Shown here one piece after another: positions 7,566 through 16,332 of a DNA stretch of 32,000 bases (the stretch's first letter is position 1; each line of letters begins with the position of its first letter). The notes below the pieces were generated by a model. The model searched no databases, had not been told where the DNA came from, and was given only the letters and a program-made list of their open reading frames with translations. The translations under genes and the position numbers were made by a program. The DNA is from Coprobacillaceae bacterium (lineage in GTDB: Bacteria; Bacillota_I; Bacilli_A; Erysipelotrichales; Coprobacillaceae), in contig OY780959.1 in assembly GCA_963675915.1 (NCBI GenBank), positions 1,140,001 through 1,172,000 of the forward strand, written 5' to 3'.

Positions 7566-7594
7566 ATTGTAACACGGTGTTAACTTCTTGTCAA
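7566..7594 (-). promoter_or_regulatory. Strong sigma-A promoter of the XRE-ImmA operon with an embedded palindromic operator
   Basis: Minus strand reads TTGACA (7594-7589), a 17-nt spacer, then TGtTACAAT (hexamer 7571-7566). The palindrome TAACAC-g-GTGTTA (7570-7582) sits in the spacer. Extra T(T/A)ACAC copies lie within ATTACACTA at 7555-7563 and 7630-7638. Confidence 0.65.
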
Positions 7595-7680
7595 CTGGTT
7601 TGTTGAATTTATTCTTAATTTTGTTTATTATTACACTAGATTGTTAAATGCTATGTTCACTGAAATATAATTGTCGCACT

Positions 7681-7710
7681 AAAAAAAGCCCCGGAAATCA
7701 ATCCAGGACC
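7681..7710 (-). terminator. Intrinsic terminator ending the phage late/lysis operon
   Basis: Minus strand reads GGTCCTGGA-TTGATT-TCCGGGGC followed by T7 (7687-7681). The stem is about 8 bp and includes G-U pairs. It lies 5 nt after the stop of the 62-aa ORF. Confidence 0.7.
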
Positions 7711-7714
7711 TTTT

Positions 7715-7903
7715 CTAGGCTTGTTCATGAAAAAAGTAGTAAATATTGTTAAAACTACGGATTTTCACCCAATCTTGGCTATCATGATGCTCAAAATCAA
7801 CTACTTCAAAAATAGACTTCTTCAAATACTGTGGTAACTTGTTATGGCAATGGTCTGGGCAGTCAGCACATAGCCGGACCTTTTCGCCCTTATAGAAATT
7901 CAT
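7715..7903 (-). CDS. Hypothetical 62-aa Cys/His-containing protein at the end of the lysis cassette
   Basis: It lies between the endolysin and the late terminator. Motif CADCPDHCH. There is no convincing SD. Confidence 0.45.
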   Translation of the reverse strand: MNFYKGEKVRLCADCPDHCHNKLPQYLKKSIFEVVDFEHHDSQDWVKIRSFNNIYYFFHEQA

Positions 7904-7920
7904 AAGCTTGCATCAGTACA

Positions 7921-8895
7921 TTAGTGCTTGATTTTTTGGCCAGGATAAATCAGGTTACGGTTCTTGATCCCGTTTTTCTTCACCAGGTAGTCAATCGTCT
8001 TCCCAAGCTTTTTAGCGATGACAGACAAAGTATCACCGCTCTTGACTACATATACTTTGGTTGTAGACTCTGATGAAGCGCCTGTGCCACCGACTATTAT
8101 CAACTTTTGTCCGACATAGATCTTGTTAGCATCTTTGATTTTGTTCCGCTTAACCAGGTCGGCAACTGTAGTCTTATACTTCTTGGCGATTGCGCTTAGC
8201 GTATCACCTTTTTTGACGGTATAAGCACTAATTGATAAGGTAGACGGTTTTTCAGCTAATGTGACTGTTTTTTCTGCTGTATGAGCATTGAAATCACTTG
8301 TATCATTAAAAACGTTTAAGTCCAAGCGAATAGCACCTCGAACTAGGTTGGAGCTAAATTGCTGCATATAGCAAGATATGACTTCATTAGATTCCAGCTC
8401 CGTATCATTATCTCCCCACTTGGCCAACCAGTGCTTGCAGTCTTTTAAGCCTTTGAGCTTGTTGTCAAACCACGATTGAGACGCGTATACACCACAGTTT
8501 TCGATCGTATTGATATAAGTCTCGCAGATGGCCACTAAGACCTCGCCTGTCGGCATGCCGTTTTTCTTTTTGAAGGCGTCTGCATCTTCCATATCAATGA
8601 AAACAGGCAACTTAAACAAGTCGCCTGCCAATTCTTTTGCTTTCTTTATATGTTCAATAAAACTGTTCGCTTCAATATTCGCACCTTCGACACTAAATGC
8701 ATATGAATACCAATAAAGCCCAAATGGAATCTTATATTTAAACGCCTTTCTAACATTGTTTACAAATTGCCGGTCTGTGGTTCCCTTGCCATATCCGGCC
8801 CTGATCATCATGAACTGCAAATACTTCTTATCGATCATTTCTAGATCGATATCTCCTTGATGATGCGATATATCAATTCCGAGTACTTTACTCAT
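7921..8895 (-). CDS. Endolysin: GH25 muramidase with two C-terminal LysM domains
   Basis: The N-terminus [17 protein letters not shown] is GH25-like. There are two LysM repeats: [29 protein letters not shown]...IYVGQKL and [29 protein letters not shown]...IYPGQKI. I chose the start at 8895, which overlaps the holin stop by 8 nt. The ORF itself is open to 8934. Confidence 0.9.
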   Translation of the reverse strand: MSKVLGIDISHHQGDIDLEMIDKKYLQFMMIRAGYGKGTTDRQFVNNVRKAFKYKIPFGLYWYSYAFSVEGANIEANSFIEHIKKAKELAGDLFKLPVFIDMEDADAFKKKNGMPTGEVLVAICETYINTIENCGVYASQSWFDNKLKGLKDCKHWLAKWGDNDTELESNEVISCYMQQFSSNLVRGAIRLDLNVFNDTSDFNAHTAEKTVTLAEKPSTLSISAYTVKKGDTLSAIAKKYKTTVADLVKRNKIKDANKIYVGQKLIIVGGTGASSESTTKVYVVKSGDTLSVIAKKLGKTIDYLVKKNGIKNRNLIYPGQKIKH

Positions 8896-9382
8896 CCAAA
8901 TCACCTCTCTTATTTGCTGATACCGTCTCCTCAACTTTAGACTTTACCAGCGACAATATCGGTTTTAAAAATGGAGCCTCAACACCTAATCGATTCAAAT
9001 TTTCGACAATGCTGATAAGTTCATTGACCACCAGCCAATAACAAATTCCCGCAGCGATGATATTAGCTGTCGAAAAATCGAGCGGCAACTTCAATGATTC
9101 GATGCCATAATTGACCAGAGTATCAACCATCCATCCAACCAGTACCGCGATATACATCGCCACCTTCTTGAATATCCCCTTAATCCCAAGTGCACTTGAT
9201 GCACCTTTACCTTCTATTTTTGAGGCCATGATCCCCGTTCCATAATCAGTAATATTTGTTGCAAGTAATAGCAATAACGGTACCGTCAATATCCCAAAAA
9301 TTGCATTGAATCCGGCACATAGTGTCGCTATGCCAGCCTTTGTTATTATAATTATGTTGTTGTTCATATATTTCAAATTCAT
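8888..9382 (-). CDS. Holin (multi-TM, phage_holin_4-like)
   Basis: It sits immediately upstream of the endolysin. TM segments include [40 protein letters not shown] and [20 protein letters not shown]. The start is uncertain, and TTG at 9376 has better SD spacing. Confidence 0.8.
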   Translation of the reverse strand: MNLKYMNNNIIIITKAGIATLCAGFNAIFGILTVPLLLLLATNITDYGTGIMASKIEGKGASSALGIKGIFKKVAMYIAVLVGWMVDTLVNYGIESLKLPLDFSTANIIAAGICYWLVVNELISIVENLNRLGVEAPFLKPILSLVKSKVEETVSANKRGDLDE

Positions 9383-9394
9383 CTCCTTTTCTTG

Positions 9395-10741
9395 TTAATT
9401 TGTCAAATCTAGAGTGTATGTTATTTTCATTGTTTTGTCTGGGGTTTTGTTTACTGGAGTCTCCAAATTGTTGATTGTTGCCAAGGCCCCTGCATAAAGA
9501 CCCAACCGTGTAGTGCTCAAATAGTCAGTTATACCAAATAAGCCATCATTTGAAGCTTTATATGACTTGTATTGAGTGGCATATTCACTTACTGCTTCGA
9601 TTAAGAACGGTCGCAATTTTTCGGTAACCGGGTTATATACTCGGCCCGATTCATTGTTAACAATAATTAAGCCCCCAACCTCAAGCACTCCAGAACCAGT
9701 GGCATTGTAAAAATCATGTCCGTCTTGATTAGCTATAATTTTATATTCCGAATCATCTGTACAACTCATTTCCACAACTCTATCGGTAAAACCCACAAAA
9801 TACATCTTTCCGTCATAAACACAACTATATCGTTTCTCTGTATCAATATTTAAGGTGTTTCCAGTCAAGTTAAGCATAGATCTAGATACAGTAGTCGCAC
9901 TATCAAGATCAGGATTACTAATATCAGTTTCAATTAAAGTTACCGTCTCGCCATTTGACCAGCTCGAATCCGAAATAAAATATACTTTTTTAGATTTGCT
10001 GTCGTAGCCCACTACTTCACCGTTGGCAGCAATTGGGATATCAATCTGTTTTAGAACTTCATAGTCAGTATCCAATAACCCAATTTTTTTAGTTTTGATG
10101 TCAATGTCATAAACATGTCCACCCGCAGTATCGCACCAAGCCTTCCTGACAATTCCGTTTTGTTCATCTAATTGGCAAAAATAGTAAGCCCCCATAAATG
10201 CAGAACTCATTTCACTGTATGCAATATTCACACTTGAAATTGAAGTATCATAACTATAGGGATAACCCTCATATGATTTTGGCGGATCCACAATCCCCGG
10301 AACCCCTCCGATTCCCATTTGACAGCCCAACTGGGTTCCTAAACATATTGAACCGATATCACCGTTAGCTTTGTTGGTGGCAAAATCAAATACCATCTTT
10401 ACATATGTATCTGTCACTTCACTTTCGGAAACATTAAAATTACCAAATACTGTATACCCAGTAGTATCTGCATAATCACGGCGGGCATAGCCCACTACAT
10501 CACAACTGCTAGGCACCACTACGGAATTCTCATCTATAGCATCCGCAAATAAGTAGAGACCACCGAATAGGGAATTATATAATGGTTTCAATTTTTCATA
10601 AGGATTTCCTGCTGCGTCACTGTAAATACTTTGCATTGAAAGTACTCGTTCCGGCATTGAAGTAATAAGATTGCTATCCTCAAATTTTTCGACATTTCCA
10701 CTGTTGACATCACGTAGTTCAACTTTAGTCTTTCCTTTAAT
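9395..10741 (-). CDS. Distal tail / receptor-binding candidate. Tracked ORF is 420 aa from ATG 10657; the start is probably 28-29 codons upstream at an AUU
   Basis: This is the last structural gene before the holin. The frame is open from 10753 down to the first ATG. AGGAGG (10755-10750) precedes in-frame ATT codons at 10744 and 10741. No SD precedes ATG 10657. Confidence 0.6.
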   Translation of the reverse strand: MKGKTKVELRDVNSGNVEKFEDSNLITSMPERVLSMQSIYSDAAGNPYEKLKPLYNSLFGGLYLFADAIDENSVVVPSSCDVVGYARRDYADTTGYTVFGNFNVSESEVTDTYVKMVFDFATNKANGDIGSICLGTQLGCQMGIGGVPGIVDPPKSYEGYPYSYDTSISSVNIAYSEMSSAFMGAYYFCQLDEQNGIVRKAWCDTAGGHVYDIDIKTKKIGLLDTDYEVLKQIDIPIAANGEVVGYDSKSKKVYFISDSSWSNGETVTLIETDISNPDLDSATTVSRSMLNLTGNTLNIDTEKRYSCVYDGKMYFVGFTDRVVEMSCTDDSEYKIIANQDGHDFYNATGSGVLEVGGLIIVNNESGRVYNPVTEKLRPFLIEAVSEYATQYKSYKASNDGLFGITDYLSTTRLGLYAGALATINNLETPVNKTPDKTMKITYTLDLTN

Positions 10742-10753
10742 AATATGTTCCTC

Positions 10754-11662
10754 CTATGCAGTATTTTTATAATTAATCTTGAACTCTTCAAGGCAATCGC
10801 CTTCTGAGAGCTTGATTCTAATATGAAACAACTTCTCCCCGCCTGTTAGATTATCGATAGCAGCTTGCGTCAATGTTGTTACTATAGCTATTTCCATTTC
10901 TGCCCCCGCACTGATCCACTCTCCACCGACATAACTGTACCAGTCGATTCCATCTGGACTAAATGCGATTATTGGCGTCCCGGTTGATGTCTGCTCAAAG
11001 GATTCAATACTATCTATTGATCCTTCTTCCAAATCAATAACATCATAAATATATTGTGCGGAAGGTGTTCCACTAACCGTGGCTCGAATTCTTTCCTGAC
11101 ATATAAATTCGCCCCAGGCAAGGATTTTAGGATTTACCAAACCAATAAATAAGCTAGACTTTGGCGGAATACCTAAAGCCCCATGATCTAAGAAAGTTTG
11201 TCCGGATAGTTCCTCTACATCTATTGGCGACAAAGAATCGTCCACCGCCTTGTAATAATTACCATCACTTTCTATTAAATAGTAATAATCAGGCATACTC
11301 ATATCATATGCCCCGATTGGTACCTCTTCATTGGTATTGGAAACGTAAATCATTAGAAATCTTTCGCCTCTCCCCGCCCTGAAGTCCACATAATCACCAT
11401 CGCTAGGAGATTCACTATTTACTGGACTTAGATTCCTGATTCCTGAGGATGTTTGATTGGGACTTTCCTGAGTTGTTAATAGTCTAAACCGTGTAGACGC
11501 TACAATTAACTTAATCCGATATTCATGTCCCTCTAATAGAGGGACAATATAATAGACTGCATCGCTTGTTAGATTTTCGTAAATTGAACAATTGCTTATA
11601 TTACTTGCAGGGTACCGGTCGTAATATACTTGTCCATCCCAAATATTGTTCAGTTCTGCCAT
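10754..11662 (-). CDS. Tail/baseplate-associated structural protein, 302 aa
   Basis: Assigned from its position in the distal tail module. AGGAGG lies 7 nt before the ATG. No motif was recognised. Confidence 0.6.
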   Translation of the reverse strand: MAELNNIWDGQVYYDRYPASNISNCSIYENLTSDAVYYIVPLLEGHEYRIKLIVASTRFRLLTTQESPNQTSSGIRNLSPVNSESPSDGDYVDFRAGRGERFLMIYVSNTNEEVPIGAYDMSMPDYYYLIESDGNYYKAVDDSLSPIDVEELSGQTFLDHGALGIPPKSSLFIGLVNPKILAWGEFICQERIRATVSGTPSAQYIYDVIDLEEGSIDSIESFEQTSTGTPIIAFSPDGIDWYSYVGGEWISAGAEMEIAIVTTLTQAAIDNLTGGEKLFHIRIKLSEGDCLEEFKINYKNTA

Positions 11663-11673
11663 TCATGATCCTC

Positions 11674-13506
11674 CTAATATATTTCGATATTTTCAATCAC
11701 TTCAATTTCATTAAAATCATCGAATTCCAAGATTTCGATGTACCCATAATCACACGCAACAGTCTGGCTTTCATATGCAAATTGGTTATTTAAGCAATAA
11801 TTACTACTGTTGTTATCATGATCAACAAACCTTTCATAGTAAGTCCCGCCTATGAGGGTATATGCTAAGATAGTTTCTTCAAACTGAAGATGATCAAATA
11901 CCGACTTGAATTCCACCTCCGGCATAGAAACACTAAATCGCCCGACGTCGTCCGACAGATTCAAATAAATGACAGGAACAATTGTTGGGGTAATCATATC
12001 TCTAATATTATCCCCTAGTTTTACTCCAGTATGGTTGACCGTAAAATTGATTCCCTTAAAGCTATCTGTCAACTTGAATGAACCATCCCATTCTGCCACT
12101 TTGGTCGAAAGACCCTGACCCCGGATTGTTGCATTGACCTGATGAGAACTTATATAACCAGCACATCCATTCTCGCCAATTATTGCCACTCTAAACTCGA
12201 CCACTGAACTTTTTTGAATTGGTAAATATAAGAATAAAGAAAGGATATGATAACCTTCGTGAACTGATTGTTTTGGACTAAGCGAATATTCTATCCCATC
12301 TACGTAATAGATAAACCTAATTACCCCCGCCGAGGTTACCACCGCTTCAATTTCCCCGTTGAAAATTGGCGTGCACTTTTCCTCCGCAATAAAGCGGATT
12401 GAGATCACATTAGTTTCTACATCGCTAATTGTCTTGGTCGAGGTATTGCTGAAAGAATAAACGCCTTCTTGAAGCATTGTAATTTGATCCTGGATAACTG
12501 ATTCCAAGCCCGCTTTATTTACGTAATTAGCCTGTGACTGTGATCTAACTTTGCTTTGGATAATCTCCTTGAATCGAGAATTTTTGAATTCATATTCTAA
12601 AAAGCTTACCACCGCCTTCACTTGTTGACTTCGATTGTTGTTATCAACTGTTTCAATCACATCACCGATTCGAAACAATGCCGCTCCCTGTTTAGTGACA
12701 TTAAGGCCTTGGCAAATTAATCCCGACAACTTGTCGTAAATATAATCCATGCCGTCCTCATCAATAATTGGGTTATTGAATGCCAGAGTATGATAATCGT
12801 TGCCATCTCCCCTTTCCAGTGTAGTATCAGAATCTTTGATACAAACCAATCTGGTAATTTCAAGAATTTCACGGTTCAATTGTTGCTCGGTGCAGTTTTT
12901 TAAGTCGATGAATCCGACATTAGAATAATCTGTAAATGTCAACTTACCTTCATTATCAAATACTGCATTCCCGCCAATCAATCCGGCCAAAAATCCTAAC
13001 GAATCTCGATAGGAATAATCAACAATGGGATATTTTAGTACCAAATCCGGAGTATAGAAATCCCTGCTAATACCTAACTGATCGCATATTTCATCAACCA
13101 CCTCACCATAGCTAGCCGGATAATCAAGACTCGATTCATATAAACTATCTAGATAAAGCATTTTATCGTATCCAGTCATCGACATTATGCCTCGACTTAC
13201 ATATCGATAATCACAAAAGAATACTCCCAACGGATAAAACTCTGAAGAAACTTCACCAATGAATTTTACATAAGGCTTGATCACTGATTTACTTGGAATG
13301 TATTCCGTAGTATTCAATTTTAAATTGATTCTGGCACTAGGCGTTTTACCAATCACGATATCGCTTATATCAGGCGATAATTCATGTTGGATATTAAATT
13401 CAATGACCTCGCTTTGATACTCAACACCATTAATTTCAACTAGTATCTCAATGATTCGACCATTTGAGTTTGCTAGTTGGACATAAGTTTCACTGGGAGT
13501 GTACAT
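11674..13506 (-). CDS. Tail tip / baseplate hub candidate (Tal-like position), 610 aa
   Basis: Second gene after the tape measure. The assignment rests on synteny only. Confidence 0.6.
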   Translation of the reverse strand: MYTPSETYVQLANSNGRIIEILVEINGVEYQSEVIEFNIQHELSPDISDIVIGKTPSARINLKLNTTEYIPSKSVIKPYVKFIGEVSSEFYPLGVFFCDYRYVSRGIMSMTGYDKMLYLDSLYESSLDYPASYGEVVDEICDQLGISRDFYTPDLVLKYPIVDYSYRDSLGFLAGLIGGNAVFDNEGKLTFTDYSNVGFIDLKNCTEQQLNREILEITRLVCIKDSDTTLERGDGNDYHTLAFNNPIIDEDGMDYIYDKLSGLICQGLNVTKQGAALFRIGDVIETVDNNNRSQQVKAVVSFLEYEFKNSRFKEIIQSKVRSQSQANYVNKAGLESVIQDQITMLQEGVYSFSNTSTKTISDVETNVISIRFIAEEKCTPIFNGEIEAVVTSAGVIRFIYYVDGIEYSLSPKQSVHEGYHILSLFLYLPIQKSSVVEFRVAIIGENGCAGYISSHQVNATIRGQGLSTKVAEWDGSFKLTDSFKGINFTVNHTGVKLGDNIRDMITPTIVPVIYLNLSDDVGRFSVSMPEVEFKSVFDHLQFEETILAYTLIGGTYYERFVDHDNNSSNYCLNNQFAYESQTVACDYGYIEILEFDDFNEIEVIENIEIY

Positions 13507-13507
13507 C

Positions 13508-13852
13508 TTACATCTCCTCTAGGGTTATGTTAATTTTACTGTAGTAATCTTTCATAGGCGTTCTAATCAAGCGTGGGGCCGGCAAGCAATCACAGGTAAA
13601 TTTTCTGGTGACTTGACCCAAATTATCATCCCTAAATGTGACATCAAAAAATGCTGATTGCATAGCTGTTTTAAGCGGTCCCCACTCAGAAGAACTCAGC
13701 AAATTCAACGTTATTTCCATCTTATATTTCATGATGCTCCGGTCAATAATATAGTCACCCATAAGGTTATTCTGTTTAACTTGATTGCGGGCCTCTAAAG
13801 TTATATCCAAGGACTCGATATATTCATCGATATCAATCTCAGCTATTTTCAT
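13508..13852 (-). CDS. Small distal-tail protein (Dit position), 114 aa
   Basis: First gene after the tape measure. It is much shorter than a typical Dit. Synteny only. Confidence 0.55.
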   Translation of the reverse strand: MKIAEIDIDEYIESLDITLEARNQVKQNNLMGDYIIDRSIMKYKMEITLNLLSSSEWGPLKTAMQSAFFDVTFRDDNLGQVTRKFTCDCLPAPRLIRTPMKDYYSKINITLEEM

Positions 13853-13863
13853 TGGTTTACCTC

Positions 13864-16332
13864 CTAGATATTGAATACTGGATTCTTGCCACTTAATTTG
13901 GTAAGTTCTCGCAAGTCAGAAATGACCGCTCTACCCAAAGACAGATCACGATATTTAAGCTCGATTGTCAGGGGCACAGCATTGCTATGTTTACTGCTTT
14001 CAAATGATTTATCTCTTGAATTGGTTTGGTTACTTATTGGCATATCATTTCGAATCCCATCCGGACGGCTTAGATTTTTGATCAATTTCTTCTTCATTTT
14101 ATCACCGGCATTAATAGGAGCATCTTGGTAATCAGTGATTCCTGTAGCAATCCCTTCAGACAAATAACGTCCCACTTCATCCGCCATTACTTTGGAGGGT
14201 GAGTGGATTCCAAAGAATCCTTTGATCCCACTAAGAATGCTGGTTCCAAATCCATCTATTTTCCCTATAATCCAATTTTTAGAGTTGCCGATACCATTCC
14301 ATAGTCCTTCCACTAAATTACCCCCTATTTCTACCATCTGACCCGGTAGCGATGCAACTTTATCCACCACACCGCTTACAAGATCACTCGCTGCCCCTGT
14401 TGCGGCATCGAATAGATTTGATCCCCATTGGTTAACCCGGTCAACCGCCCCGGTAATTGCTGACCATATTGCTCCAGGAAGATTGGCGAAAAACGATACC
14501 ATTGTATTGATTGCATTTGGCACGGTCACAGTAAAAAAGTTAACCAAGCTTTCAATCACACCACTCACGACTTCTTTGATTTTTTCAAAGGCATCATTGA
14601 CAACATGTCGGAATGCCTCGCAATGATTATAGGCATATATAAATCCTGCCACTAGAGCGGCAATAAGGGCGATAATCAAAATAATTGGATTAGCCATCAT
14701 CACAGCGAATAACTTAGCAAACGCTCCTTGAAGCACTACTACCGTCCCCTTTACAACTCCAAATGTAGCAGCCAGTTGAGGCGCCAGAGTCATTATCGTG
14801 CCTATTGCAGCGATAATTTTGGCTGCAATCAACAGCATAGGGGCCAAAGCCGCAACCAATCCTAGAACAACGACAATAATCATCTTCACCGGTTGCGGCA
14901 GTCCGCCAAACCAGTTGGTTAGACTCGAGATCGCACTTCCCAATCCATCAATTATTGGAGCCAATGATGCCAAAGCTACATCACCAAGCTCAATCCCACT
15001 GTTTTTCAGTTCGTTTATCGCTTTTTTGGCTTTATAACTTGGAGTTTCCAGTTTTTCAATTGCTTCTTGGGTGGAACCGGATGAATTGATAATTTCCTTT
15101 GCGGTAGTGTTGAATTCATCAACCCCAGAACTCAACAGTGTTAACCCGGCCTTGCCAGCTTCTGAACTGCTCCACAGATCATTGAAACTTAATCCGCTGT
15201 CATCAGCGTGATCCTGCAAGATTTTTAGAACATCACCTAACGAGTTCCCATCGGCCATAAGTTCCTGGAATGATTTACCGGTCCTTTCTTTCAGTATGCC
15301 CGCAACCTTGGTATTGCTCTTCCCTAACTCATTCAACATGCTGTTCATGTATGTTGTCGACTCAGAGGTATCAATCCCTTTGGATGTCATAAGTGCGTAG
15401 CCCGTAGTAATTTGCTCAAGCCCGACATTCATTGATTTAGCAGTCGGAATGATTTTACCCATCGATGCCGAAAGTTCCCCCACAGTAGTTTTACCTTTGT
15501 TTTGGGTTTGAATCAACATATCACTGACATCCACCACTTTACCGGCTTCAAGTTCATATGAATTCATAATAGTCGTCAAAAGATCCAGTGATTCACCTTC
15601 TTCAGCGTATCCAGCTCGGGCTAGATTTGTCGAGTTCTTCACAAACCCAACCGCATCTTCGGTTGATTGACCTGCCGAAATTGCATCGTAAACATTTTGG
15701 CCAATCTTTGCCGCAGCGATACCTGCTTCATTTGATAATTCTAAGACTTCATTTTTTAAATCTTTAAGTGGAACCACATTCTCATCGGCAACAGTTGAGA
15801 CCTTGGCCATGGTGTCTTCAAAATTAGACGCTAGTACCACCGATCCGGTCAAAACTCCTGCCGCGGCCAAACTAACGCCCTTGACTTTGTTGGCTGCCGA
15901 TTCAAACTTACCGCCCAAATCCTGGACTTTTTCTCCGGCAACGGCAACCTGCTGCGTTGCTATAGAGCCAAATTCTTTTGTCTGGTCAGTCAAGCTCTCA
16001 AGTTTTTGCTCGGTATGGACAATCTCTCTTTGAAAATCGCGATATACGTCAGCAACAATCTCGCCACGTTTAAACTGTTCCTCAACTTGAGCTTGCGCAT
16101 TTTTCAATGTTTCTAGTTTATCCGAGGTGTTTTTGATGGCTTCTGTAAGAATGTCTTGCTTTTGCTTTAACAGCGTGACATTTGAAGGATCCATCTTCAA
16201 AAGTGAATTTACCCCTTTTAATTCCCCCTGCAAACTATAAGTTTGTCTGTTAACTTCTTTCAAGGCCTTACCGAGTTTGGTGGTATCCCCACCGATTTCG
16301 ACTGTGATCCCCTTGATTTTACTTTTTCCCAT
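13864..16332 (-). CDS. Tail tape measure protein, 822 aa
   Basis: It follows the G/GT chaperone pair. The N-terminal part is coiled-coil-like. The centre has long Ala/Gly/Ile/Leu hydrophobic stretches (PVKMIIVVVLGLVAALAPMLLIAAKIIAAIGTIM...). At about 0.15 nm per residue it implies a tail of roughly 120 nm (inference). Confidence 0.9.
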   Translation of the reverse strand: MGKSKIKGITVEIGGDTTKLGKALKEVNRQTYSLQGELKGVNSLLKMDPSNVTLLKQKQDILTEAIKNTSDKLETLKNAQAQVEEQFKRGEIVADVYRDFQREIVHTEQKLESLTDQTKEFGSIATQQVAVAGEKVQDLGGKFESAANKVKGVSLAAAGVLTGSVVLASNFEDTMAKVSTVADENVVPLKDLKNEVLELSNEAGIAAAKIGQNVYDAISAGQSTEDAVGFVKNSTNLARAGYAEEGESLDLLTTIMNSYELEAGKVVDVSDMLIQTQNKGKTTVGELSASMGKIIPTAKSMNVGLEQITTGYALMTSKGIDTSESTTYMNSMLNELGKSNTKVAGILKERTGKSFQELMADGNSLGDVLKILQDHADDSGLSFNDLWSSSEAGKAGLTLLSSGVDEFNTTAKEIINSSGSTQEAIEKLETPSYKAKKAINELKNSGIELGDVALASLAPIIDGLGSAISSLTNWFGGLPQPVKMIIVVVLGLVAALAPMLLIAAKIIAAIGTIMTLAPQLAATFGVVKGTVVVLQGAFAKLFAVMMANPIILIIALIAALVAGFIYAYNHCEAFRHVVNDAFEKIKEVVSGVIESLVNFFTVTVPNAINTMVSFFANLPGAIWSAITGAVDRVNQWGSNLFDAATGAASDLVSGVVDKVASLPGQMVEIGGNLVEGLWNGIGNSKNWIIGKIDGFGTSILSGIKGFFGIHSPSKVMADEVGRYLSEGIATGITDYQDAPINAGDKMKKKLIKNLSRPDGIRNDMPISNQTNSRDKSFESSKHSNAVPLTIELKYRDLSLGRAVISDLRELTKLSGKNPVFNI

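Noticed and set aside
10588-10791. 67-aa minus-strand ORF bridging the two tail genes.
   Set aside because: It is out of frame with both flanking structural genes and overlaps them. The in-frame extension of the 420-aa gene behind AGGAGG explains this interval better.
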